Shown: positions 1-8,175 of the stretch, piece after piece
Layout of the letters: each line of letters opens with the position of its first letter
Numbering within the stretch: position 1 is the stretch's first letter
DNA from: an uncultured virus (IMG/VR IMGVR_UViG_3300037087_000757)
Taxonomy: Duplodnaviria; Heunggongvirae; Uroviricota; Caudoviricetes
Reading direction: 5' to 3' (one strand)
IMG/VR virus record: IMGVR_UViG_3300037087_000757
DNA length: 20,000 nt
Made by a program: the position numbers and the translations under genes
The notes under the pieces: generated by a model
The model's database searches: none
Told to the model about the DNA's origin: nothing
Seen by the model: only the letters and a program-made list of their open reading frames with translations

Positions 1-1
1 G

Positions 2-145
2 TTATCGAGTACATCAGATGAAGAAAATAAATTTGTCGTAGAAATATGGAGATCTTGTTGTGTTGAAAGACATAATAGTAATCATGCTGGTGATTTGATT
101 ATGACAGAAAAGGAAATATTAAATAATTATCTTTACAAAAAATAA
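2..145 (+). CDS. 3' end of a hypothetical protein (truncated by window edge)
   Basis: Frame is open from base 2 (LSSTSDEEIKFVVEIW...NNYLYKK) to TAA at 143-145, followed directly by the next ATG at 155. Confidence 0.6.
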   Translation, partial: LSSTSDEENKFVVEIWRSCCVERHNSNHAGDLIMTEKEILNNYLYKK

Positions 146-154
146 ATACAAAGT

Positions 155-337
155 ATGGAAGGTGTAGAAGTAAAAATATCTAAAACAACAAAAGCCAATA
201 CACCCTATGGATTTCATTATAAAGCCAAGGGAGCTTATGTTCAAGGAAAATATATAATTGTGGTGGGTGAATTGAAAGAGAATAATACTATCAGAATTAA
301 ATATCCTAAGGATGATGTGGAACTAAAATTTTTTTAA
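155..337 (+). CDS. Small hypothetical protein, 60 aa
   Basis: ORF track; tightly packed after the upstream ORF and convergent with 344..1090. Confidence 0.6.
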   Translation: MEGVEVKISKTTKANTPYGFHYKAKGAYVQGKYIIVVGELKENNTIRIKYPKDDVELKFF

Positions 338-343
338 AACGAA

Positions 344-1090
344 TTATAAAATTTTTTCAGCATAATCGAAAAAATTTGAACCGTCTGGATTTAATTTTGG
401 ATTATTTCTTTTATCAAATTTATAAGCTTCTTTGAAATATAATTTACCATAGTTGGATATTGAAGTTCCACATTTCATTATTTCAATTTTCCAATAATCA
501 GAGAGGTATTTATTTAATTTCTTACCTATATCCGCGAAATCTGAGTAATTATCAGAGTCACTACATTTTTTGTATTGTAAAGGTGTTAAAATATTTTTAC
601 ATTCATCGAGAAATCTTTTTATTTTATTTTCATTCCAGTTATTATATAAGTAAGAAATAGGTTCATTAGATAGATAATTATCTAATATAAAATTCATTTT
701 ATCCTTGACTATTTTTGTACCATAATTAATAAATTGACCAACATAATCTTCATCTGGCATAACATCGGTAAATCTATTTTCATCAATAATAAATAAATAT
801 CCAAATTCACCAGCTTCCAGTAGAGGTTCAACATCCATTGAATATCCAACCATATTGGCACCAAGAATATAAATAATAGATTCCTTTAAATTAGGAGTAC
901 AGTAAGTTCTCCCGACATCCGGTGTAATTTTACCGCCTTTTTTATCATTTTGATTCCCCGGTTTTAAATAACCATCTTTCATTATTTTTTCACCTAATGT
1001 CGTAACGGAACATCCATGATAATAGGTAAACTTTATAGAAACAGTTTCAAAAAGTTTATAATTGGTAATTAAGTATTTATTTTCATTCAT
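344..1090 (-). CDS. Putative ADP-ribosyltransferase (Arr/ART fold), possibly virion-packaged
   Basis: YYHGCS...GYLKPG...TYCTPNLKES...GYLFII...PDED follows the motif order of Arr-type ARTs (YHGT, L.PG, YF[ST], YxYxV, acidic DP). The N-terminus has a LITNYKLFE peptide. Confidence 0.55.
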   Translation of the reverse strand: MNENKYLITNYKLFETVSIKFTYYHGCSVTTLGEKIMKDGYLKPGNQNDKKGGKITPDVGRTYCTPNLKESIIYILGANMVGYSMDVEPLLEAGEFGYLFIIDENRFTDVMPDEDYVGQFINYGTKIVKDKMNFILDNYLSNEPISYLYNNWNENKIKRFLDECKNILTPLQYKKCSDSDNYSDFADIGKKLNKYLSDYWKIEIMKCGTSISNYGKLYFKEAYKFDKRNNPKLNPDGSNFFDYAEKIL

Positions 1091-1124
1091 ATTTATTTAA
1101 TTGATTCATTTTAATCATCATGTG

Positions 1125-1134
1125 TATATATAAA
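1125..1134 (-). promoter_or_regulatory. Putative late promoter variant (TTTATATATA)
   Basis: One-mismatch copy of the TTAATATATA motif found before the structural genes, 35 nt upstream of the ATG at 1090. Confidence 0.4.
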
Positions 1135-1196
1135 TTTTTTTATAAAACTTTGTTAGAAAGTAGAACTAAATATATGATAAAAATAATCACAAATGA

Positions 1197-2087
1197 ATGT
1201 ATTATAAGAATGTAGATGACCTCACTCCAGTTGAATTATATGACGGAGTTTACTATAAGAGAGATGACCTATACAGACCTTTTGATCCAGAACCATTGAA
1301 TGGTGGTAAGGTCAGACAATGTATAACCTTGATTCAATCTAATTTACAAAAAATAAAAACTGAACATAATGGTGGGGTTGCTACTGAAACCAGTATAAAT
1401 AGTCCTCAGGGAATTATTATTAGTCGAGTTTGTAAGGAATTTGGTTTGAAATGTATAATTGGAGTAGGCGGACAGGGAAAGAATGATAATAAAATTTGTG
1501 ATGAAATAAGAAAAAACGGGGCCGAAATAATCACCCTTTCTAAAATGGCTTATAGTAATGTTCTACTTAGTAAGCTAAATGAATTAAACAAAAATTATAA
1601 TTATTTTATTATCCAGTTCGGTATAAATGTAAGTGAGAGTACAGAAATCAGAGATTATATAGCTAATCAAGTGGCTAATATTCCAGATGAATTGGATAAT
1701 CTGATCATTCCTACTGGTTCTGGAATATGTGCTGGTGCTATACTTTATGGTATAAAGAAATTCAATAAAAAAGTAAAGAATGTTTATGTGATTCAAATAG
1801 CTGGATACGACAGAACAGATACCATAAATGAAATTTGTAGTGATGTACCTTATATCTTTCTACCTTATAATGTATTTCCATATTCAAAGAAATTAAAGAT
1901 ATTTATAAGACCTGATTTTCAATTAGATACTGTTTATGAAGCTAAAGGTTATCATTGGATGAAAAATTTCCCACACTTTGATGGTGATTATAAATGGGGT
2001 AAAATAAAAAAACCAGATCTTTCTCTTTTATCCCTTCAAGGAAAAACTTTATTCTGGTGTGTGGGGGATGCGTCGATGTATCGTTAA
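1197..2087 (+). CDS. PLP-dependent fold-type II enzyme, ACC deaminase/D-cysteine desulfhydrase-like
   Basis: LTPVE...YKRDDL...NGGKVRQ (Schiff-base Lys region), IPTGSGICAGA phosphate-binding loop and LDTVYEAK (compare DPVY[ET]GK of the ACCD/DCyD family). Confidence 0.85.
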   Translation: MYYKNVDDLTPVELYDGVYYKRDDLYRPFDPEPLNGGKVRQCITLIQSNLQKIKTEHNGGVATETSINSPQGIIISRVCKEFGLKCIIGVGGQGKNDNKICDEIRKNGAEIITLSKMAYSNVLLSKLNELNKNYNYFIIQFGINVSESTEIRDYIANQVANIPDELDNLIIPTGSGICAGAILYGIKKFNKKVKNVYVIQIAGYDRTDTINEICSDVPYIFLPYNVFPYSKKLKIFIRPDFQLDTVYEAKGYHWMKNFPHFDGDYKWGKIKKPDLSLLSLQGKTLFWCVGDASMYR

Positions 2088-2117
2088 ACTTTTTGATTCT
2101 GATATAATATAATCATC

Positions 2118-2411
2118 ATGAAAAAAGATCTTTTTTATAAAGACGCTAGTGTAATAAGAAAAGCTCGAGAAATGACTGAGAAATTAGAATTCAATGATAA
2201 ATTTCTCAATACAGTTTCGGTTATTATTGATGATTTTATAATACCAACTTGTGATGAACCAGATTTGAATTTTTGGAGAAATGTTAAATTGGAAGTTACA
2301 AATTTATATGAAGAATTAATAAACAAAGATAGGTTTGATAAGTTAAATGAAATATTAGACCAACCAATAAAAAATAATGTATTAATTGATGATGAAATTA
2401 TTAAGGACTAA
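2118..2411 (+). CDS. Hypothetical protein, 97 aa
   Basis: ORF between the PLP enzyme and the MTase-like gene; overlaps the start of the downstream gene. Confidence 0.7.
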   Translation: MKKDLFYKDASVIRKAREMTEKLEFNDKFLNTVSVIIDDFIIPTCDEPDLNFWRNVKLEVTNLYEELINKDRFDKLNEILDQPIKNNVLIDDEIIKD

Positions 2412-4218
2412 GTATAATGATTATGATTTAAGTGACTTACCAAATCCATTTTTTCAGGATTTAAGAGAAATGTCAGAAAATGATTTGAATGATGTAGCTG
2501 AACAAATTAGATTAGGATTATTAAAGAAGTGGCAAACCAACAAACAACCATTGGGTGGTGGTAAAAAAACTGATGAAAAAATTATAAAAGATTTCAGAGA
2601 GTTATCAAAGTTTAATGATGATCTTACACTGGTATGTGATGATGAAGGGAATAGAAATATAGTTAAATTCTTTGGAAAACAACCATCAGGTATTAATCAG
2701 TATTTTCCTGAAATGTTGGATACACCAATCTCACTTGGTAATAAGTCTGTAAGTGTTATGGATGTTATCAAGACAACAGATGTTTTCCAAAAGTTTTTCT
2801 ATTCAGTTGTCTTTAAGGATAGAATGTATAGTTTTACAATGTGGTATAATAAAGAATTCATTTCACAGGAAACTTGGGATTTATTAGGTGATAAAATACC
2901 AATCCAATTGGATGATGTTAAGAAATCCGAATATGGTTATAAATTACCTTTCTTTTTCAAAAAAGGAATTAACTATTATAAATTAGAGGACAAGAACGAT
3001 AAAACAAATTCAAAATATATTGATTCTACTGAAAAGGAATACAATCAAAGCATGAAGATATTTCCACAGATTACTCAATCTTTCAGATTGGGGGGTGGAA
3101 GTCAGCCAGTAAGTAATTTTTCAGCTGGTGGGGCTCGTTTTTTAATCAGAAAAGGTTTTCAAAACGCGATAGATAATAATTTGATCGAGAATGATACTTT
3201 TGTGGTATTAGATCCATCTACTGGATGGGCTGGTCGTTTGGTAGGATTACTTAGTGTTTATACTGAACTAAGAAAGTTATACTTTGAGAAGAACAATAAA
3301 CAATTGAGGGTAGTTTATTTAACGACAGATCCGAATGAAGAAATTAACGATAGATATAATGACATTATCGAAGATTGGTTTACTGTTATTGAACCAACAG
3401 CTGAAAAAAGTATGTTCAGGATATTTAAAGACATGACAGGATCAGAAACTCCCGAATTTTTGGATTACTGTAAAGATAAATTATCTAAGTTAAAGATAAA
3501 TGGTTGTACTATGGGATTAACATCCCCACCATATTTCAATAGGGAACGATATAGCAAAGATCAAAATCAAAGCTGGGTAAAGTATGGTAGTTCATATGAA
3601 AGTTGGTCTAAGGGGTTCTTAAAACCCACTATCGAGAATATAAGTCAATTGATGGTTGATGGTGGTATCTTTTATATGAACATTGCTGATATAAAACATA
3701 ATTCCAAATTATTATCATTGGAACAAGATACAATTGATGGGGGTGATGAATATGGATGTTCCAGTACAGGTGTATATAAAATGTTAATGTCAACTATGAC
3801 AGGAAACAACAAGAATAAGGAAACGGGCGGACAACCTAAGAACACCGTGAAAATAATGGGTGATGGATTTAGAAAGTTTGAACCAATTTTCATTTTGAAA
3901 AAAGGAGCCAAGTCAATATCAAATATAGTTGAAACAAAGACAGTTGATACCGTTGTTGATAATCCCCCAAAAATAGATCTTGAAGAAGAAGTTTTTTCAG
4001 AATCAAAAATAGATATTGAATTACCATCTGGTAAAAAAGTGGTGGTTGAATCTCCAACTCAGGAAGAATTAGATGATTTCTTAAATGATGTTAAACCAAA
4101 CGAAAAATTGGAAATTAATCAACATACAGAAGAAACTATTGAAAAATTGAATTATAAACCTCAATCTGTTGATACTGATGACGATGATGATTGGTTTGAC
4201 AAACTTTCTCCTTGTTAA
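2386..4218 (+). CDS. Large SAM-dependent DNA amino-methyltransferase-like protein (motif I before motif IV) with acidic C-terminal tail
   Basis: SAM-binding motif VLDPSTGWAGRL, catalytic TSPPYFNRERY, downstream GGIFYMNIAD and EPIFILKK strands. About 260-aa N-terminal extension and about 100-aa acidic low-complexity tail. Confidence 0.8.
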   Translation: MMMKLLRTKYNDYDLSDLPNPFFQDLREMSENDLNDVAEQIRLGLLKKWQTNKQPLGGGKKTDEKIIKDFRELSKFNDDLTLVCDDEGNRNIVKFFGKQPSGINQYFPEMLDTPISLGNKSVSVMDVIKTTDVFQKFFYSVVFKDRMYSFTMWYNKEFISQETWDLLGDKIPIQLDDVKKSEYGYKLPFFFKKGINYYKLEDKNDKTNSKYIDSTEKEYNQSMKIFPQITQSFRLGGGSQPVSNFSAGGARFLIRKGFQNAIDNNLIENDTFVVLDPSTGWAGRLVGLLSVYTELRKLYFEKNNKQLRVVYLTTDPNEEINDRYNDIIEDWFTVIEPTAEKSMFRIFKDMTGSETPEFLDYCKDKLSKLKINGCTMGLTSPPYFNRERYSKDQNQSWVKYGSSYESWSKGFLKPTIENISQLMVDGGIFYMNIADIKHNSKLLSLEQDTIDGGDEYGCSSTGVYKMLMSTMTGNNKNKETGGQPKNTVKIMGDGFRKFEPIFILKKGAKSISNIVETKTVDTVVDNPPKIDLEEEVFSESKIDIELPSGKKVVVESPTQEELDDFLNDVKPNEKLEINQHTEETIEKLNYKPQSVDTDDDDDWFDKLSPC

Positions 4219-4254
4219 AATTTTTTTATCTCAGCAACATTCCGTATCTTTGTA
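4217..4254 (+). promoter_or_regulatory. Bacteroidota-type (early) promoter, copy 1
   Basis: AAAATTTTTTTATCTCA-N11-TATCTTTGTA; TAnnTTTG at 4245-4252; ATG at 4271. Confidence 0.75.
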
Positions 4255-4270
4255 GAAATAAATTTAATTT

Positions 4271-4669
4271 ATGAAAAAGTCCGTTAAATATTCAAGTAAA
4301 CCAACCTTAATTGAAATTGAAGGAATCGAGGGAGAGATTGAATTACTTGGAAAAATTGAAATGGTTGATAATGGAATCGGACCTTATGAATATTGGGGAT
4401 CTAAATGTGTCGATATTCAAATTGGCCCTGAGGTTCAGGAGATCTCTTGGGATAAAACCAAATATTCCGAAGAACAGAATAAAATCATTGATAAATATAT
4501 TGATGATAATTTTGATGATCTGGCTCAGAAAATGGAAGAAGAATTCGAACCACCTGAAGAAATTGAACCAGATTTTCCAGAACCAGATTTTCCAGAATCT
4601 ATTGATGGTTGCTTTGGTCAACATAAACCTTTATCGGATTTTCCAACATTTCCAGAAGATGAAAAATAA
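4271..4669 (+). CDS. Acidic hypothetical protein, 132 aa
   Basis: ORF directly after the promoter; about 27% Asp+Glu by manual count; Pro-rich EPDFP repeats. Confidence 0.75.
   Translation: MKKSVKYSSKPTLIEIEGIEGEIELLGKIEMVDNGIGPYEYWGSKCVDIQIGPEVQEISWDKTKYSEEQNKIIDKYIDDNFDDLAQKMEEEFEPPEEIEPDFPEPDFPESIDGCFGQHKPLSDFPTFPEDEK
4565..4597 (+). repeat. In-frame 15-bp tandem repeat (GAACCAGATTTTCCA x2.2), encodes EPDFP-EPDFP-E
   Basis: Read directly from the sequence. Confidence 0.85.
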
Positions 4670-4895
4670 AGTAAAAAGTTGGTTTAGATATCAACATTAC
4701 AGTACGAGTGTAGTTTCGGAATCACATAATCATTTCATGACCTGCTTAAGTCATTTGGAAACGAAATGTGATAAAGAATTGTGTAATGATTCGAGATCAG
4801 CAGACGAACATTGGAAAGAAATACTTTCCTGTATAAATACTTTAGATGATAAAGAAATTGTACATTTATATTATCTGATAAGAAATGGAAAATAA
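4659..4895 (+). CDS. Hypothetical protein, 78 aa (MKNKVKSWFRY...)
   Basis: 3' part of track ORF 4311..4895. The ATG at 4659 overlaps the end of the previous gene and is the more plausible start. Confidence 0.65.
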   Translation: MKNKVKSWFRYQHYSTSVVSESHNHFMTCLSHLETKCDKELCNDSRSADEHWKEILSCINTLDDKEIVHLYYLIRNGK

Positions 4896-5079
4896 GAAAT
4901 GGATGCCAAAAGTTGGTGGAAAGTATTATTGGATTGGGAGTGGTCATATTCTCAAAGGAGTTCACAAAAGAATATGGGAAGGTAATGATGTTGATATGTC
5001 TTATTGGAAAAATAATAATTGTTTCAAATCATTATCTGAAGCAACATTTATTTACAAGTCATTCAATGGAAGTTTTTAA
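4885..5079 (+). CDS. Hypothetical protein, 64 aa
   Basis: Overlapping start/stop with the upstream gene; WxPKxGxxYYxI pattern typical of small phage proteins. Confidence 0.65.
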   Translation: MENKKWMPKVGGKYYWIGSGHILKGVHKRIWEGNDVDMSYWKNNNCFKSLSEATFIYKSFNGSF

Positions 5080-6926
5080 ATATTATTATTCACACCTGTC
5101 CAGATGATATTAACCGTTGATAATCCATTAACAATAGGAACATCATTATAATAAATTCCATTTCTATCATACCAACCACCACGAAGAATTGCCAATTCAT
5201 TTGTATCTGTAATAATATCTCCCTGAATTGGATCTAATCCCAAAACTCTATTTGAATCATATCTTGTTTTGTCTATTGGTGTTGGATAAAGATATTGATC
5301 CGATGGACTTATACTCGTAAATATTACATTATTGTTTTGATTCTGTACGGTTCTGTTACGATGATAATCCTCGTTTTTCTTGGATATAAATTCTACATAT
5401 ACTGAATCTATACCATCTATGTTTTTAATCATCCTAATGATGTCTGCACGAACAATACGGTCAAATCTTTGGTTGTTGACAAAGTAATCAGATAGATTTG
5501 ATATTATTAAATTTCTTAAACTATCTTCCAGAATATTAGCATTTCTTCTGACATAAACATTCATAATATAAAAAGATAAAACTGGATTGATTATTTTTAC
5601 TGAAGTCGTAATACTCATTATGGCCATTTGTTTCAAATAATCAAGTGTTTTGTTCTTTTCATAATCACTTAGATAAAAAGCATTCAGAGGAATATTAAAG
5701 TAATTAAAATCCCCTTGGAAATAATTTTGAATATTTGGAATTAAGAATAAATACATGACATTATCGAAAACATTAGGAAAATAATATTTCATGTTTGATC
5801 TTACAGTATCAATATCAATGACATTCCCAAATGTTGTGGTGATAAAATTGTCAATATAAGCATCTGAACTGGTATTCGTATCATCTAAGACATTATAAGC
5901 ATTGATAAGAGAGAACTTATTCAATCTTCTCAGGTGAAATATAAATTGAGGTGGTGTGGCTAAAACGAAATTACGAGAAACATAAGGAATTATATTTTTT
6001 GTAAGTGTTTTATTTTCTTTATCAGAACCAAAATTAATATCATTTTCGATTGTGGTATCAAATATATTTTCTACATTAATAATATTACCATCATTATCCA
6101 CAATATCACCCACATATGTAAAATCGTTTGTTTTGTTGTTTAGAATCGTTCCACTCGAACCATCTGAAAGAATATATTGGACTTCAATTATACTTCCAAT
6201 GTCTGGAACAAATCCATTATCTCCATTTCCAAAGAAAACATCTACCCCACCTGAGAAACCAGTTCTCGTCCAACAGGCTAATTCATTTGGTAACATATCA
6301 TACATATGATCCCTTATATTTAGTAATATACCGTTGTAAAATATAGCATAATTAAAATTTTCTATATTCTGTGTTGAGTTAACAACAACCTGATATGATT
6401 GGCCCTTTAATCCAGTTCCAGTATATTTTTGTGTTTCATATTTACCTTGAATTACATTCAAAAGTATGGAAGTATCAGGAAGAATTTGATAAATAGAATA
6501 ATCAGATCCCAATACTATATTATAGAATAAATTGTTTGATTTATTTTTTAATTGTGTCTTATTGTAAATCTTTATTTTTGAACCGGCAATTTCATTTGCT
6601 ATATCTATACCAACTTTTATTTTTAATTTGATTGTACCTGTAGCGGAAACAGCTCGTGTAGGATTGAGTCCTGATATAACAGCAATATTATTTATAATTC
6701 GTTCATCGGTGGCGTTATCTATTGTGAACTGATTCACAGCGTTCTTTACATATAAAATACTATTCGTGTAAACTTCTTTATTGGTATTAACCATCTGGCC
6801 ATAAGGAGAAGCGTCGGTAAAATTTATATCCGATTTATTCTGTGACTGTTTCAACCAAGTCACTAACTGATTGGTTAAATCAGCGTATTTTGTAGACAGA
6901 TAATTAAAAACTGAGTTTGTTGCCAT
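5076..6926 (-). CDS. Baseplate wedge subunit, T4 gp6-like / baseplate J-like
   Basis: 616 aa. N-terminal helical region followed by IDNA...I.NIA.ISGLNP.RA.SA.G.I, VIQG, VFFGNGDNGFVP..GS.IEVQYILSDGSSG and GSDKE. This is the motif order of gp6-like wedge proteins of myoviruses. Confidence 0.8.
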   Translation of the reverse strand: MATNSVFNYLSTKYADLTNQLVTWLKQSQNKSDINFTDASPYGQMVNTNKEVYTNSILYVKNAVNQFTIDNATDERIINNIAVISGLNPTRAVSATGTIKLKIKVGIDIANEIAGSKIKIYNKTQLKNKSNNLFYNIVLGSDYSIYQILPDTSILLNVIQGKYETQKYTGTGLKGQSYQVVVNSTQNIENFNYAIFYNGILLNIRDHMYDMLPNELACWTRTGFSGGVDVFFGNGDNGFVPDIGSIIEVQYILSDGSSGTILNNKTNDFTYVGDIVDNDGNIINVENIFDTTIENDINFGSDKENKTLTKNIIPYVSRNFVLATPPQFIFHLRRLNKFSLINAYNVLDDTNTSSDAYIDNFITTTFGNVIDIDTVRSNMKYYFPNVFDNVMYLFLIPNIQNYFQGDFNYFNIPLNAFYLSDYEKNKTLDYLKQMAIMSITTSVKIINPVLSFYIMNVYVRRNANILEDSLRNLIISNLSDYFVNNQRFDRIVRADIIRMIKNIDGIDSVYVEFISKKNEDYHRNRTVQNQNNNVIFTSISPSDQYLYPTPIDKTRYDSNRVLGLDPIQGDIITDTNELAILRGGWYDRNGIYYNDVPIVNGLSTVNIIWTGVNNNI

Positions 6927-6954
6927 TTATTTGTTTTATTCTTTTCTTTTCTTT

Positions 6955-6964
6955 TATATATTAA
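6955..6964 (-). promoter_or_regulatory. Putative late promoter TTAATATATA
   Basis: Exact motif 29 nt upstream of the baseplate ATG; recurs before other structural-block genes. Confidence 0.55.
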
Positions 6965-7305
6965 TCGAACCACAATCTGATATGATCGCCTTCTTCTGTT
7001 ATTTCATCAGCACCAAGATTTTGTATAGAATATAATAAATCATGTAAAATTCTTTCATCTGTATAGTAAATAAGTAAAGAACTTCCGTCTATTTCATAGG
7101 ATAAAGAATTATTTGAACCGAATTCATTCTTGAATTTATCAAATCCATCTTCATCCATTAAATTAACATTGATTGATTGAAAATCTGGATCTTCCAATAA
7201 TTCATCAAAGCTCAATCTCTTTCCAGAATCGGGGTGCGTTCCAAATGGATAAAGTTCCTCATTTACTTTATTATTGAATTCTTTAAATTCTTTTATGTAT
7301 TTCAT
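6961..7305 (-). CDS. Acidic hypothetical protein with capsid-targeting-like N-terminus
   Basis: Begins MKYIKEFKEFNNKVNEE; lies in the structural block with its own TTAATATATA motif. Confidence 0.75.
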   Translation of the reverse strand: MKYIKEFKEFNNKVNEELYPFGTHPDSGKRLSFDELLEDPDFQSINVNLMDEDGFDKFKNEFGSNNSLSYEIDGSSLLIYYTDERILHDLLYSIQNLGADEITEEGDHIRLWFD

Positions 7306-7327
7306 CCAGTAGTTAATTATTTTATCT

Positions 7328-7337
7328 TATATATTAA
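7328..7337 (-). promoter_or_regulatory. Putative late promoter TTAATATATA
   Basis: Exact motif 23 nt upstream of the ATG at 7305. Confidence 0.55.
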
Positions 7338-7405
7338 ATATTAGTATGGTGTATTTAGAAAAAACGACTTAAAAACTTTAATGCGGCAAAAAATATAAAG
7401 AATTT

Positions 7406-7477
7406 TGGGTTGAGGAACCAACCCAGCGTCACTCAAAGTGAATGGTTACATTGTGCTTGTGATGTAGAAACTACATC
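7406..7477. other. Structured intergenic element with three hairpins (candidate ncRNA or terminator/processing site)
   Basis: TGGGTTG/CAACCCA (7406-7425), TCACT/AGTGA (7429-7441) and GATGTAG/CTACATC (7461-7477); more GC-rich than the flanks. Confidence 0.45.
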
Positions 7478-8175
7478 TATGTAGTATGTTCATAATTATC
7501 TCTCAGTGTCTCTCCAATAGTTTGTATTAATGTGGTAATATTTGGTTTTTCTACCTCTGAATCTTTATCAAATATATTGAATGTCAATTTGAATTTACCC
7601 ACTCCTAATTTTTTAACTGTCAATTTCACTTCATCTTGATCATTTACAGTCATCACAAAAGTAAAATCCAAATTCTTACATGGAACATTCTTCATATCTG
7701 GTTCATATTTGAATCCAGTAATAGATATATCCTTTATCTTATTTTTATAGAACCATTCATTAATCGTGTGCTCTGGTTTTTTTATAAATTCCGATAAAAT
7801 TTTCAAATCTCCACCAAATTTATTATTTGAAATGATTTCTCTAATTTTGTTTTTAAAATCGTTTATATCATTAAATGTTTCTTCTGGTGAAAATTGACAA
7901 TTTATTTCAAATAAATACTTAAAATTATTATTGATAAGATATGTTCTTTGATTGTCTACATTAAAAAGTAATTTGGTATATATAATAACTTGGTCTTTCG
8001 AATATAACTTAGTAATACTGATAATCATTTTAAGTCCACCCTCACCTTGTTCATAAACGGAATCAGTGGAGAAAACATCATCATTAGCAAAGATTTCTTT
8101 CAACGCTTTGTAAATATCCTGTATGGATATTTTATTTTCATTTTGTTCCTTTATGAATTGATTATATGATTTCAT
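7477..8175 (-). CDS. Hypothetical protein with capsid-targeting-like N-terminus, 232 aa
   Basis: Begins MKSYNQFIKEQNE; ATGA overlap with the upstream gene. Confidence 0.8.
   Translation of the reverse strand: MKSYNQFIKEQNENKISIQDIYKALKEIFANDDVFSTDSVYEQGEGGLKMIISITKLYSKDQVIIYTKLLFNVDNQRTYLINNNFKYLFEINCQFSPEETFNDINDFKNKIREIISNNKFGGDLKILSEFIKKPEHTINEWFYKNKIKDISITGFKYEPDMKNVPCKNLDFTFVMTVNDQDEVKLTVKKLGVGKFKLTFNIFDKDSEVEKPNITTLIQTIGETLRDNYEHTT

Noticed and set aside
4311..4658. N-terminal 116 codons of track ORF 4311..4895 as an overprinted gene
   Set aside because: It lies inside 4271..4669 in another frame; the ATG at 4659 explains the gene without a long overlap.
6937..6955. CTTTT x3 short repeat
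   Set aside because: It is the A-rich leader of the baseplate gene on the minus strand, low complexity and not a repeat element.
7377..7477. Twister/hammerhead ribozyme or tRNA (TTTAATGCGGC, GGTTACA and GAAA fragments)
   Set aside because: The required partner elements (twister CAAGC/GAG pseudoknot strands, hammerhead CUGANGA core, tRNA cloverleaf with TTCRA loop) were not found in the right order.
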